Assembly (NCBI GenBank): GCA_963845065.1
Contig: CAWJQQ010000009.1
Coordinates: forward strand, 320,001 to 384,000
Direction of reading: 5' to 3'
From: Nitrospirota bacterium
GTDB taxonomy: Bacteria; Nitrospirota; UBA9217
DNA length: 64,000 nt
In this document: piece by piece, positions 1-10,161 of the stretch
How the letters are laid out: each line of letters opens with the position of its first letter
How positions within the stretch are numbered: the stretch's first letter is position 1
Position numbers and translations under genes: made by a program
The notes under the pieces: model-generated
Told to the model about the DNA's origin: nothing
The model's database searches: none
What the model saw: the letters and a program-made list of their open reading frames with translations, nothing else

Positions 1-1
1 C

Positions 2-529
2 GAGGCTATCGACCCGACGACGGCATATCTTGTTACGAGTTTGCTCAAAAGCGTGGTGCTCGAAGGTACAGGCAGAGGCGCGCTGGTTCTCGGCAAGCCG
101 ATTGCCGGTAAGACGGGTACGACGAACAATTTTGTTGACGCCTGGTTCGTGGGATATACACCAAGCATCGTGACGGGCGTATGGGTCGGGTATGATAACG
201 CACAAGCCTCGCTCGGCGACCGGGAAACCGGTGCGCGGGCAGCGCTGCCGATCTGGATATCGGTCATGGCGAAGGCGCTTGCGAACAAACCCGCAGAGGA
301 CTTCACGCCGCCTGACGATATCGTGTCCGTCAAGATCGACCCTGAATCGGGACTCCTGGCGCGCGATGGGCAGGCTGATGCCATAACCGACGTGTTCCGC
401 AAGGGCACGGAGCCTACGCAATACACAAGCGCGACGGTGCATACTGCTGATAAGTTCTATCTCTTCGACCAGGGGGACAGCCAGGATGCGACGAAGGAAA
501 AAATACCTGAGGATGAGGTTCCTGACTAG
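2..529 (+). CDS. Penicillin-binding protein 1A family, C-terminal part (5'-truncated by window edge)
   Basis: Frame open from position 2 (EAIDPTTAYLVTSLLKSVV..GTG). Has the transpeptidase KTGT motif (AGKTGTTN) and DAWFVGYTP..VWVGYD, typical of class A PBPs. Confidence 0.9.
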   Translation, partial: EAIDPTTAYLVTSLLKSVVLEGTGRGALVLGKPIAGKTGTTNNFVDAWFVGYTPSIVTGVWVGYDNAQASLGDRETGARAALPIWISVMAKALANKPAEDFTPPDDIVSVKIDPESGLLARDGQADAITDVFRKGTEPTQYTSATVHTADKFYLFDQGDSQDATKEKIPEDEVPD

Positions 530-3313
530 ATGGATTATAAAACAACTTTGAATCTCCCGAAAACCGATTTTCCCATGAAGGCCAATTTGCGCGACCTTGA
601 ACCTAAAGTCATTGAGAGCTGGCAGAAGGAGAAGATCTACGACCGGCTACAGAAAAAAACGGGAAGCAACGGTACCTATATCCTGCACGACGGACCCCCA
701 TATGCAAACGGCCATATCCACATCGGTCATGCTCTGAACAAGATCCTGAAGGACATTATTGTTAAATTCAAGACCATGCAAGGGTTTAAAAGCCCTTACG
801 TGCCGGGCTGGGACTGCCATGGACTTCCGATCGAACACCAGGTGCTCAAAAATCTCGGCCCCAAGAAAGAGGGGATGAGCCAGAACGAGATCCGAAAACT
901 CTGCCGCGAGTATGCCGAGAAGTTTATCGATATCCAGCGCGGAGAGTTCCAGCGTCTTGGCGTGTTCGGAGACTGGGACAACCCTTACTTGACGATGAAC
1001 TTCGGCTACGAGGCCGCCATCGTGCGCGAACTCGGAAAGGTCGTTGGGAACGGCGGCGTCTATAAAGGAAAGAAGCCTGTGTACTGGTGCGGGTTCGACG
1101 AAACAGCACTCGCCGAAGCTGAGGTTGAGTATGCTGATCACGAATCACCCTCGGTTTACGTACGGTTCGAGTTGCCCGAAGCGGGGAAGGCACTTCCCTC
1201 GCTCTCCGGGAAAAAGGTTGCGATCGCAATCTGGACCACGACGCCGTGGACGCTTGTCGCAAACCTGGCTGTTGCGCTCCATCCCGATTTCGATTACGTT
1301 GCCTTAGAGGCGAACGGGCAGGTGCTTATCCTGGCCGAGGGGCTCTTGAAACAGGCAGCCGAGAAGTTCGACATTAAAAATTACACCATAATCGAAAAAT
1401 TCAAGGGTAAAAAACTCGAAGGACTCAAGGCGCGCCACCCCTTCCTTGACCGTGATTCTCTCGTGATCTTAGGTGAACATGTAACGCTGGAAGCCGGTAC
1501 GGGCGCTGTACATACCGCTCCTGGCCACGGTCAGGAGGACTACGAAGCCGGTCTCAAGTACGGTCTCGAAATTTTCGCTCCCGTCGATCACAAGGGACGG
1601 TTCACGAAGGAAGCGGGTGAATTCTCCGGACAGCAGGTATTCAAGGCAAACAAGGGGATCATCGAACTCTTGAGAAGCAGGAATGCGCTTCTGGCAGAAG
1701 AAAAAATATCCCATTCCTACCCCCACTGCTGGCGCTGCAAGCACCCGGTGATCTTCCGGGCCACGGAGCAGTGGTTTATTTCAATGAAGACGAATGATCT
1801 ATTGAAGAAGACCATCGAGAACATCCACAAAGTTACCTGGATTCCGGCATGGGGCAAGGACCGTATTCTCGGCATGATGGAAAACCGCCCTGACTGGTGT
1901 ATCTCTCGCCAGCGGGCGTGGGGCGTGCCAATCATTGCTTTTACTTGTAAACAGTGCGGTGAATTGCTCCTGGATAGGAATGTAGTTGACTATGTGGCGG
2001 ACATTGTTGAAAAAGAGGGCGCTGACGCATGGTTCGTGAGAACGCCGGCAGAACTGCTGCCGCCGGGTACGGTGTGTAAAAAGTGCGGCGGCGAAGACCT
2101 GGAAAAGGAGATGGACATCCTCGATGTGTGGTTCGATTCCGGCGCGAGCCATGCCGCGGTGCTTCGGACCCGTAAGGACCTATCCTGGCCGGCTGACATG
2201 TATCTCGAAGGTAGCGATCAGCATCGGGGCTGGTTTCAATCGTCGCTCCTGATTTCCGTTGCAACGACTGGCAGCGCGCCATACAATTCTGTACTGACCC
2301 ATGGTTTTACCGTTGACGGTACCGGCAAGAAAATGAGCAAATCCGCGGGCAACGTCATCGCACCGCAGGAAGTGATCGACAAGTACGGCGCGGAGGTGCT
2401 TCGACTCTGGGTTTCGGCAGCCGATTACCGTGACGATATCAGGATCTCATCGGAGATCCTCACGCACCTGGCGGAAGCGTATCGCAGGATCAGGAACACC
2501 TGCCGGTATCTACTCGGCAATCTTGCGGACTTTCATCCCGAAACGGACCGGGTCGCTGACAAGGACCTTCTCGAGATCGATCGATGGGCGCTCCACCGTT
2601 TGCAGAAGCTGATCGAGCGTGTACACATGGGATACGAGGATTTCGAATTCCATATCGTTTTCCACTCATTGCACAATTTCTGCGCGGTGGACATGAGTTC
2701 CTTCTATCTCGATATCCTTAAGGACCGGCTGTATACGGCGAAGGCGTCTTCCACAGAGCGGAGGTCCGGACAGACCGTCATGCATGCAATCCTTTCTTCC
2801 ATGGTGCGTCTCATGGCTCCTGTGCTTTCATTCACGGCCGATGAGGTCTGGCGTTACATGAAGGAGCGCGAAAAGACTGAGAGCGTCTTTCTGGCTCCCT
2901 TTCCCCAGGCAGACAAGAAGTACATTGCATCAGATCTCGAATCACAGTGGGAGAAGATCATCGCCATCCGGGGCGAAGCAGCGAAGGTTCTCGAAGCGCT
3001 TCGCAGGGACAAGAAGATCGGACATTCTCTGGATTCTAGCGTTATGCTCTATGCAGAGCCGCAGCTCTTTGAATTCCTCCAGGGCTACAGGAACGATCTG
3101 GCCTTCATCTTTATCGTTTCATCCGTGCAGGTCGCGCCAGAGTCCGATGCTCCGGATGACGCGTATACCAGCGAGGTTGTCAAAGGGCTCCGTATCGCGG
3201 CAGGCCCGGCCAAGGGTGTGAAATGTGGCCGCTGCTGGATGTACAGCGAGAGCGTCGGAACCATGAAGGAACATCCCGAAATCTGCAGCAGGTGTGCGGG
3301 AAATCTCGGATAA
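530..3313 (+). CDS. ileS: Isoleucine--tRNA ligase (type 1)
   Basis: HIGH (PYANGHIHIGH) and KMSKS motifs, GWDCHGLPIE, and a C-terminal CGRC..CSRC Zn finger; 927 aa. Confidence 0.99.
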   Translation: MDYKTTLNLPKTDFPMKANLRDLEPKVIESWQKEKIYDRLQKKTGSNGTYILHDGPPYANGHIHIGHALNKILKDIIVKFKTMQGFKSPYVPGWDCHGLPIEHQVLKNLGPKKEGMSQNEIRKLCREYAEKFIDIQRGEFQRLGVFGDWDNPYLTMNFGYEAAIVRELGKVVGNGGVYKGKKPVYWCGFDETALAEAEVEYADHESPSVYVRFELPEAGKALPSLSGKKVAIAIWTTTPWTLVANLAVALHPDFDYVALEANGQVLILAEGLLKQAAEKFDIKNYTIIEKFKGKKLEGLKARHPFLDRDSLVILGEHVTLEAGTGAVHTAPGHGQEDYEAGLKYGLEIFAPVDHKGRFTKEAGEFSGQQVFKANKGIIELLRSRNALLAEEKISHSYPHCWRCKHPVIFRATEQWFISMKTNDLLKKTIENIHKVTWIPAWGKDRILGMMENRPDWCISRQRAWGVPIIAFTCKQCGELLLDRNVVDYVADIVEKEGADAWFVRTPAELLPPGTVCKKCGGEDLEKEMDILDVWFDSGASHAAVLRTRKDLSWPADMYLEGSDQHRGWFQSSLLISVATTGSAPYNSVLTHGFTVDGTGKKMSKSAGNVIAPQEVIDKYGAEVLRLWVSAADYRDDIRISSEILTHLAEAYRRIRNTCRYLLGNLADFHPETDRVADKDLLEIDRWALHRLQKLIERVHMGYEDFEFHIVFHSLHNFCAVDMSSFYLDILKDRLYTAKASSTERRSGQTVMHAILSSMVRLMAPVLSFTADEVWRYMKEREKTESVFLAPFPQADKKYIASDLESQWEKIIAIRGEAAKVLEALRRDKKIGHSLDSSVMLYAEPQLFEFLQGYRNDLAFIFIVSSVQVAPESDAPDDAYTSEVVKGLRIAAGPAKGVKCGRCWMYSESVGTMKEHPEICSRCAGNLG

Positions 3314-3446
3314 AAAAGTGACCCCTGATTGCCGGGACACAGAGAAGCTATAACAATAGCTGTCTCTGAATAAGTCCAGACCAAAAACGTGAGTCGGGGT
3401 TTTTCTATGCCTCAGCCTGCCTGTTATTGCTTCAAGTTTTGGGAGA

Positions 3447-3929
3447 ATGATGAAAAACAAATACCTCTGGACCACCTTGACTATCGGCGCGGTTTTTATT
3501 CTTGACCAATGGACGAAATACCTCATCGAGACCCACGTTCGCCTCTACTCCACCATCACCGTGATACCAGGTTTTTTCAACATTACCTATGTACGGAACC
3601 GAGGTGCGGCCTTCGGCATCCTCTCCGACACACACGGAAACTGGCGGAGTGTTTTTTTCGTCACCGTAACGATAGTTGCAATTGCTGTTATCACCAGGCT
3701 TATCTGGAAGACCCATGAACGCCTGCTGTTGATAGCCTTCGCACTTATCGCCGGCGGTGCAATCGGAAATCTCATAGACAGGATACGTTATGGAGAAGTG
3801 GTTGACTTCATCCAGTGGTATGTGAAGTCCTATTACTGGCCCTCTTTCAACATCGCTGATTCTGCAATTACAGCCGGTGTGGGGCTCTTAATAATCGAAA
3901 TGCTGTTGAAGAAACCTCACGACGGATAA
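3447..3929 (+). CDS. lspA: Lipoprotein signal peptidase II
   Basis: DQWTK, NRGAAFG, GAIGNLIDR, VVDFI and FNIADSAI motifs; follows ileS as usual. Confidence 0.97.
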   Translation: MMKNKYLWTTLTIGAVFILDQWTKYLIETHVRLYSTITVIPGFFNITYVRNRGAAFGILSDTHGNWRSVFFVTVTIVAIAVITRLIWKTHERLLLIAFALIAGGAIGNLIDRIRYGEVVDFIQWYVKSYYWPSFNIADSAITAGVGLLIIEMLLKKPHDG

Positions 3930-4028
3930 AATGACTAAACGGTAAATCGACGAGTGGTAGATCGGGAGCCGGTGTTTTTCATTTTTCGCTTCTCGGCTCC
4001 TACCATTCAGCGCCTCAGAAGGAATATC

Positions 4029-4838
4029 ATGCATCCTATACTTTTCGAAATACCGCGCATTGCATTCCTGAACTGGACCATCGGCCCCATCCCTATCAGA
4101 TTGTATGGCTTGATGATCGGCCTCGGCTTCACTATCGGCATCTTTCTTGCCGCGCGGCAGGCGCAAAAGGAAGGTATCAATCCGGACCGGGTTCTCGACC
4201 TCGGCGTGTACATGCTTCTTACGGCGATCGTGGGCGCCCGCCTGCTTTTCGTGCTTACCAATCTCGGCGAGTTTGCGGCCAGACCGCTTGATGCCTTTGC
4301 CCTTTGGAAGGGCGGCCTGGTATTTTACGGCGCTTTGATTACCGCCGTTCCGATCGGCATCTGGTATGTAAAAAAGCACAGGCTCCCAGTATGGAAGACC
4401 ACGGACATCATAGCTCCTTCCCTCGCTCTCGGTCAAGCTTTCGTCGGGCTCGGCTGTTTCTTTGCAGGCTGCTGCTATGGCGCGCCGTACAGCGGCCCGG
4501 CTTGCGTAACCTTCAACGACGTTCATTCGCTCGCGCCCCTGGGGGTCCCGCTCTTTTCCACCCAACTCATGGAGTCGGGGGGGGATTTTGTGATCTTCAC
4601 TCTGCTTGTCCTCTTACGCCGGCATAAAAAGTTCGACGGTCAACTATTCTGGTTCTACGCTCTGTCCTATGCGGTTCTTCGATTCGCCATAGAATTTTTC
4701 CGCGGAGATGCGGTCAGGGGTCTGTACTCCGGCAACGGGATCTCGACATCACAGATCATCGCCATCGGCGTGTTTATCCTGGCTGGCATGATGATCTGGC
4801 GGCTGAGTAAAAAGCCTGTTCAGCCTCGCATATACTGA
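4029..4838 (+). CDS. lgt: Prolipoprotein diacylglyceryl transferase
   Basis: MHPILF start, GARL, WKGGLVFYG, GCCYG, TQLMES and RFAIEFFRGD motifs. The conserved GR reads VG (see findings). Confidence 0.93.
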   Translation: MHPILFEIPRIAFLNWTIGPIPIRLYGLMIGLGFTIGIFLAARQAQKEGINPDRVLDLGVYMLLTAIVGARLLFVLTNLGEFAARPLDAFALWKGGLVFYGALITAVPIGIWYVKKHRLPVWKTTDIIAPSLALGQAFVGLGCFFAGCCYGAPYSGPACVTFNDVHSLAPLGVPLFSTQLMESGGDFVIFTLLVLLRRHKKFDGQLFWFYALSYAVLRFAIEFFRGDAVRGLYSGNGISTSQIIAIGVFILAGMMIWRLSKKPVQPRIY

Positions 4839-4866
4839 ACCCTGTATCCTATCCTTCTCCTTTGCC

Positions 4867-5823
4867 ATGCCAACAATCACGCATATTGTCACGGAAAAAC
4901 ACATTAGCAAGCGGTTGGATGTGTTCATCAATCATTACGAGCCGCATATTTCACGCAACCGCATCCAGACCCTCATCAAAGGCGGTCAAGCCCTGGTAAA
5001 CGGCAACATCGAAAAGCCAGGCTATAAAGTGAAGCTTGATGAGCGCATTACTCTAGATTTGCCCGAACGAAAAGTCCGTGAAGTTCTTCCCGAGCCCATA
5101 CCACTTTATGTCATTTTCGAAGACCCTCATATCATCGTTCTGAACAAATCCGCTGGATTGGTAGTGCACCCTGCACCGGGCAATTACACCGGAACGCTGG
5201 TGAACGCACTACTCTACCATTTTGGCAGCCTGCCCTCTCAGGGTTCGCGTACGGAAGCAGATGAACGTGAACGAGCAGGCATCGTGCATCGCCTGGACAA
5301 AGACACTTCCGGCATTATGGTCATAGCACGGACACATGAAGCGCTTCGTTCATTGTCTGCGCAGTTCAAGAGCCGCGTCGTCAAAAAACGCTACCTCGCA
5401 CTCGTTCTCGGTGTGATCAAAAAAGGGTCAGGAACGATCGAGGCCGGGCTGGGACGGCATGTAAAGCAGCGGAAGAAGATCAGCGTGCATACGCATCATG
5501 CACGTGAGGCCGTCACGGCGTACATCGTCAAAGAACGCTTCAAGAACGTCACACTCGTGGAGGTCGAGATCAAGACAGGCCGCACGCACCAGATTCGCGT
5601 CCACATGGCCCACATCGGCCACCCGGTCCTCGGCGACCGGGTCTACGGCGGGACCAAAGTGATGAAACACGGCGCAGTCGATATCCCGAGACAGATGCTA
5701 CATGCGGAAACGTTGTCGCTCCTACATCCTGATACAGGAACCCCCCTATCGTTCACGGCTCCACCACCTGCAGACATGGCGGTTATCATTGAGAAACTGC
5801 GTGCAGAGAAGCAAGTTTCTTGA
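4867..5823 (+). CDS. rluD: RluA/RluD family 23S rRNA pseudouridine synthase
   Basis: N-terminal S4 domain, NKSAGLVVHP, catalytic HRLDKDTSG, GRTHQIRVH, LHA. Confidence 0.93.
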   Translation: MPTITHIVTEKHISKRLDVFINHYEPHISRNRIQTLIKGGQALVNGNIEKPGYKVKLDERITLDLPERKVREVLPEPIPLYVIFEDPHIIVLNKSAGLVVHPAPGNYTGTLVNALLYHFGSLPSQGSRTEADERERAGIVHRLDKDTSGIMVIARTHEALRSLSAQFKSRVVKKRYLALVLGVIKKGSGTIEAGLGRHVKQRKKISVHTHHAREAVTAYIVKERFKNVTLVEVEIKTGRTHQIRVHMAHIGHPVLGDRVYGGTKVMKHGAVDIPRQMLHAETLSLLHPDTGTPLSFTAPPPADMAVIIEKLRAEKQVS

Positions 5824-6020
5824 TCCACATCCTCTTTCTACGTTGAGCGTAGGTCTGGCCAATACAACCTGGACCTATTCAAGACTTGGTGAAGTATCCA
5901 TGAAAATAGCTTTTGAATACAAAAGAAGTCAGATGAGTGAGCTTAAAATAAGGTATGCCACGGCAGGATTGTCGGTCATTGCGATAGGGAGATCGGGATT
6001 TTGATTAGATTAAAAGTCTC

Positions 6021-6539
6021 TTAGGCACTGGTGATCTGCTCTTGCCGATCGTTCTCCGCAAAATCGGCATACTGCAACACCAAGTCCGCAGCTGTTCTGA
6101 CCGCGGATCTGACTTCCGGAGTCATCGAACATCCGATAGTATCAAAACAATTTCCTTCGATAGCGACGAGCATAACTTTTTCCGGCATTTTCTCGCGATA
6201 TAGGACGCGGCCGATTTCGATCGACTCGCGAATACCGATGCCGTGGGCGGATACCGGAAGGCCGGGGGTCGAGGGGATCTCCTCCCATGGCAGCAGGTGA
6301 ATAGTACCGGGCCTGGCGCCAAACTGCACCGCATCTACGACAATAAGAGTTTCCTCACCCTGAAGTTCGTCAAGAAGATCGATGCCGGCCATCTCCATAA
6401 GCTTTATACGCATGCCTGAAGGCAGTTTTATTTTGGTCAGCAACTGGTATACTTCGCAACCTGCGGCATCATCTGCAACAAGGCTATTCCCAATGCAAAC
6501 CACGAGCACCCGAGGTAGCGCCATCATTGCCGCAATCAC
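6021..6539 (-). CDS. Hydrogenase maturation protease (HyaD/HycI family)
   Basis: IGNSLVADDAAG, IVVDAV and SAHGIG motifs. Last gene of the hydrogenase operon, GTGA-coupled to the upstream gene. Confidence 0.93.
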   Translation of the reverse strand: MIAAMMALPRVLVVCIGNSLVADDAAGCEVYQLLTKIKLPSGMRIKLMEMAGIDLLDELQGEETLIVVDAVQFGARPGTIHLLPWEEIPSTPGLPVSAHGIGIRESIEIGRVLYREKMPEKVMLVAIEGNCFDTIGCSMTPEVRSAVRTAADLVLQYADFAENDRQEQITSA

Positions 6540-6997
6540 CTCACCTCAAGTTGGAATACGCACCGGTCCCCAACCGTGGGCTCCGCAGGTTTTATCTCGC
6601 GGCCTTTGCACAATTCACTGACGATGCCCGCGATATAATGGTGGAACATATTGCAGATGTCGCCGCCGGGCTGCGTGTTCCTTTTTATGCAGGCGTCGCG
6701 AACAGCGCAACGACCGACGGCCATTTCGACTCCGCGAACGTTAATTGAGTACCCCATTTCGAACCCTCCCTCTAGGGTGTGCATGACGGCCTTTACGGCA
6801 TCTTCAAGTTTTGGTTCAATGAGGTGTATCGGCAGTTTTTTCCCCATATGGTGTCCGGCGCTGAAGGCCAGGGACGGGCCCCGTTTACCGGCCACGACGC
6901 CTATGGCGTTAACGAGAATGTCGAGGAGGAAGCAGACTTCGGTAAATGCATTGTCATAATCCTGAGCGGAGAGCTGAAGCTCGGTCAATTCGGTCAT
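6536..6997 (-). CDS. V4R-like (4-vinyl reductase fold) hydrogenase-associated protein
   Basis: Pattern CxxR..GxxCxMxxxxxxG..C, paralogous to 9655-10161. ATGA-coupled within the operon. Confidence 0.7.
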   Translation of the reverse strand: MTELTELQLSAQDYDNAFTEVCFLLDILVNAIGVVAGKRGPSLAFSAGHHMGKKLPIHLIEPKLEDAVKAVMHTLEGGFEMGYSINVRGVEMAVGRCAVRDACIKRNTQPGGDICNMFHHYIAGIVSELCKGREIKPAEPTVGDRCVFQLEVR

Positions 6998-7248
6998 AAG
7001 AATCTCCTGATCCGTTTGCTGAAATTCAAGTCCCGGTAATAATTTTTAACAGCATGAACGTTGCCGAGCTTCAGCGCCCCTGAAGGACAAAGATAAGCAC
7101 AACTGAGGCACCCAATACAGCTGCTCGCATCTTTCACTGATGCCTTGAGATTCTTCTCATCAAACGCCAGCACGGATGTGGGACAGATGTCGACGCACAT
7201 GCGGCATCCCCTGCATCCATTTTGGGAGATATCGATCTGGATCGTCAT
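6994..7248 (-). CDS. 2x[4Fe-4S] ferredoxin
   Basis: Two CxxCxxCxxxCP motifs (CRGCRMCVDICP, CIGCLSCAYLCP). Confidence 0.93.
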   Translation of the reverse strand: MTIQIDISQNGCRGCRMCVDICPTSVLAFDEKNLKASVKDASSCIGCLSCAYLCPSGALKLGNVHAVKNYYRDLNFSKRIRRFL

Positions 7249-8660
7249 GCCGTCCTCCTTATCCTGCGCGTGACGGCGCCATCGCGCATAACTTCAACCG
7301 AGAGCGGCATGCGCCCCATCGCATGCGTGGCGCACGACAGGCAGGGGTCATAGCACCGCATGGAGAATTCAACGGCATTCAGGAGCATATCGTCGTTTGC
7401 GTTCTTGATAAATAATCCGGCCGTCTGACTGATGGACGTATTGATCGCTGCATAGTTCTGCTGAGTGGCCACCAGAAGATTGGCTGACCGAACGATGCCT
7501 TTGGCGTCTATTTCGTAATCATGGTAAAGTGTCCCTCGTGGCGCTTCGACATGTCCCACGCCCCTCCCTGACCGATACTTCACCGGGACCCGCTTTTCTC
7601 CCTTGATATCCGCGTCTGCCATCAGCGCCTTTGCCTTCTCCGCGCAGTAAATAAGCTCGATCAGCCGCGCAAATATATACTGCACAGTAGCATGACACGG
7701 CCTTCCGAATTTCCTGCGGAAGTTTTCCAGCTCTTCCTGGGCAACAGGCGTTTCCATGGCGTCCGCGCAGTTGATTCTGGCAAGGGTGCCTACGCGGTAG
7801 ATGTTCTCGCGCCCGCCGGACACTGCGTAGACAGGTTTCATATAGGACCACGAAAGCGCCTTTTCAACGATACGTTTGTCGTATTCAGGGGAAGAAAATT
7901 CCGCCTGTGTCACCCCCGCTTCATCGATGACCCTGACGGACCCGTCATAGAAATTAAGCTTGCCGTTCTTTACGGTGCCCATATACCAGGTAGAATCCGT
8001 AAGTGCGAGCGGGACGGCAGGTTGCGCGGCAACGAATTTTTCGAGCAGGCTCTTAACAACCGGCTTAAGCTCCATGACCAGACCATAAATTTCGTCGACC
8101 ATTTTCTGGAGGTTCTTCTGCACTTCTCCTCCCATTTCAAACGTCATGCCCCCGACTACGGCCGTTACCGGGTGGACGCCCCTTCCGCCAACTATCTCGT
8201 TGACCTTCTGACCGAGGCTTCGGAGCCGCAACGCTTTTCCCGACACATTCGGGTTGGCCTTTACAATGCCGACGATATTACGCTGCGCCGGGTCGCCGTT
8301 TATGCCGAAGAACAGATCAGGGCCCGTGAGGACAAAAAGACTCAGTGCATGGGAATGAATCAAATGCCCCATATAGAGCAGTTCACGCAGAAGTTTTGCC
8401 GCTGGCGGTGGATCGACGCCCAATGCATTTTCAATGGCTTTTACGGCGGCAAGGTGATGGGCCGTCGGGCACACGCCACAGATCCGCGCCGTCACAAGCG
8501 GCATCCTGTCTGCCTCCATCCCGACAAGGATCCGCTCAAAACCCCGAAGTTCATTCACGACCAGGGTTGCGTTCTTGAGCGCACCACTGTCATCGACATC
8601 GAGCTGGATCCTAGCATGGCCCTCTATTCTCGTAACCGGATCGATCGTGATCGTCTTCAT
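7245..8660 (-). CDS. [NiFe]-hydrogenase large subunit, group 3 (MvhA/3c-like)
   Basis: DPVTRIEGH, L1 motif ARICGVCPTAH, EAPRGTLYH, and L2 motif RCYDPCLSCATH followed by a cleavable C-terminal extension. Confidence 0.95.
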   Translation of the reverse strand: MKTITIDPVTRIEGHARIQLDVDDSGALKNATLVVNELRGFERILVGMEADRMPLVTARICGVCPTAHHLAAVKAIENALGVDPPPAAKLLRELLYMGHLIHSHALSLFVLTGPDLFFGINGDPAQRNIVGIVKANPNVSGKALRLRSLGQKVNEIVGGRGVHPVTAVVGGMTFEMGGEVQKNLQKMVDEIYGLVMELKPVVKSLLEKFVAAQPAVPLALTDSTWYMGTVKNGKLNFYDGSVRVIDEAGVTQAEFSSPEYDKRIVEKALSWSYMKPVYAVSGGRENIYRVGTLARINCADAMETPVAQEELENFRRKFGRPCHATVQYIFARLIELIYCAEKAKALMADADIKGEKRVPVKYRSGRGVGHVEAPRGTLYHDYEIDAKGIVRSANLLVATQQNYAAINTSISQTAGLFIKNANDDMLLNAVEFSMRCYDPCLSCATHAMGRMPLSVEVMRDGAVTRRIRRTA

Positions 8661-9597
8661 CCTTGTTTCTCCGTTTCAGCCATCCATTTCTGTATCAGGA
8701 AAGTCGGCTTTCCGCCGATCATTTTTGTGGCCATTGCGTATGCGTAATGGGTCTTTGCTGACTGCTCTACGGTACGCACGATTTCCTGTTCCTCGATAAG
8801 GGTCAGTTTCGCCATCCTCTCCGCCAGTTCCGTACGGATGTCGCGGTTCGGTTCAGTGAGGATCTGCATGGTCGGTCCCGCGCATCCCGTGCAGGCCACC
8901 CCGTTGTTCGGGCAGGGCGCCAGGCAACGATCAAGAGAGACCGACCCGAGACAGAGATAGCCTTGGCTGAGGAAGCACGCATCAGGCTTTGGCGTCCCTT
9001 CATGGTTTTTCCTGACGTGGCTTATAGTTGTTTTGACCATGGTGCGTTTGCACCTTCCGCACACGGATTCGTCCTTCGACTTCGGCATCCGGTTTTGGAG
9101 CAACGCCAGAAGGGCATCGAAAATAAACGTTGGGTGGGGGGACAGCCGGGCAGGTATAGATCCGCCTTGATCACCTCATCAAGAGGTGTCACCATTTTTT
9201 CAAGAGGAGATACCGCACCGTGAGGCACCGTTTTCGTAACGGTGGTGCGGTTTTTTAGGAATACGGCTTCCAAAATCTCCTCGCGGGAGTGCGCGAGCGC
9301 GGCCCCCGGCAATCCGCCGTACACTGCACACGTCCCGAGGGCGATGATTAAACGGCAGGCCTTTCTCATCTCCTGCGCCGCATGCCGGTCATGCTCCGTG
9401 CGAATAGCCCCGCTGATAATGCCGACATCTGCCTGCGGATAAGACTTAACGTCGGTGAGCACAGGACAATGCAGAATTTCCGCAGCGCCGAGGACATCAA
9501 GTATCTTCTCATGCAGATCGACGATCGCCACGTGACATCCTCCGCAGTCGCTCAGCCACTCGGTATTGATTTTTAGTTTGCCTCGCTCCATAGCCAC
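8657..9597 (-). CDS. [NiFe]-hydrogenase small subunit (MvhG-like), split by a 1-nt frameshift at 9136-9141
   Basis: SDCGGC, LGTCAVYGG and PGCPP lie in ORF 9022-9597; the distal Cys motifs (VCGRC, CFLSQGYLCLG..C..C..CTGC) lie in ORF 8657-9103. Adding one C to the C6 run gives a continuous PGCPPHPTFIFDALLALLQNRMPK. Confidence 0.9.
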
Positions 9598-9654
9598 TGA
9601 TCACTCCTTCATAGATACGCCTTGCGGCAACCTTCATCCCTTTGACGCCTGTAG

Positions 9655-10161
9655 TCAGTTCATCTTTATCCGCAACCTCTTGAGACAAGCGTTCTGCCCT
9701 GCATGAAGCACTTCCAGCTCCGCCTTTTTCCCCGTGATCGACTCGATAGCGCCTGAAAAAAAACCATACATCATACGGCAGAGCGATCCCTTCTGCTGGT
9801 GCCCGAAGCAGAAGAGCGACTGTCTGATCATGCAATCCTTGAATACGAGGAAGATGTTTAATTCTCCTGGTTCAACTTTCAGGCGTTTCTTAGCTTCCCC
9901 TTGGGGCTCCAGGATACTAAAATCCCAATGGCAGTTATTTTCGTGGAGAATGCGCCGGACCTCTTCAAGAGCTTCCAGTACATTCTCCGTTTTCTTTGCT
10001 TTAGCGGCGAATTGCACACCGAGTTTCATGCCTCCTACACGCGCCATTCCGTGCGCTCCGAGTCCCATGGTCTGTTCCATGCCATACGCAAGAGCAGCCG
10101 TAAAATTCATGGTTTCCTGCAGCATGTTTCTCTTTATGGTAATATCATCCGTCTGATCCAT
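9655..10161 (-). CDS. V4R-like hydrogenase-associated protein (first gene of operon)
   Basis: GGGAGG RBS before ATG 10161. KDCMIRQ..KGSLCRMMYGFFSGAIESITGK..NAC gives a V4R-type Cys pattern. Confidence 0.72.
   Translation of the reverse strand: MDQTDDITIKRNMLQETMNFTAALAYGMEQTMGLGAHGMARVGGMKLGVQFAAKAKKTENVLEALEEVRRILHENNCHWDFSILEPQGEAKKRLKVEPGELNIFLVFKDCMIRQSLFCFGHQQKGSLCRMMYGFFSGAIESITGKKAELEVLHAGQNACLKRLRIKMN

Noticed and set aside
7692..8747. Long antisense ORFs (this 351-aa one, also 32089-33000, 35859-36797, 47829-48785, 60894-61718)
   Set aside because: These are shadow frames of well-supported genes on the opposite strand.
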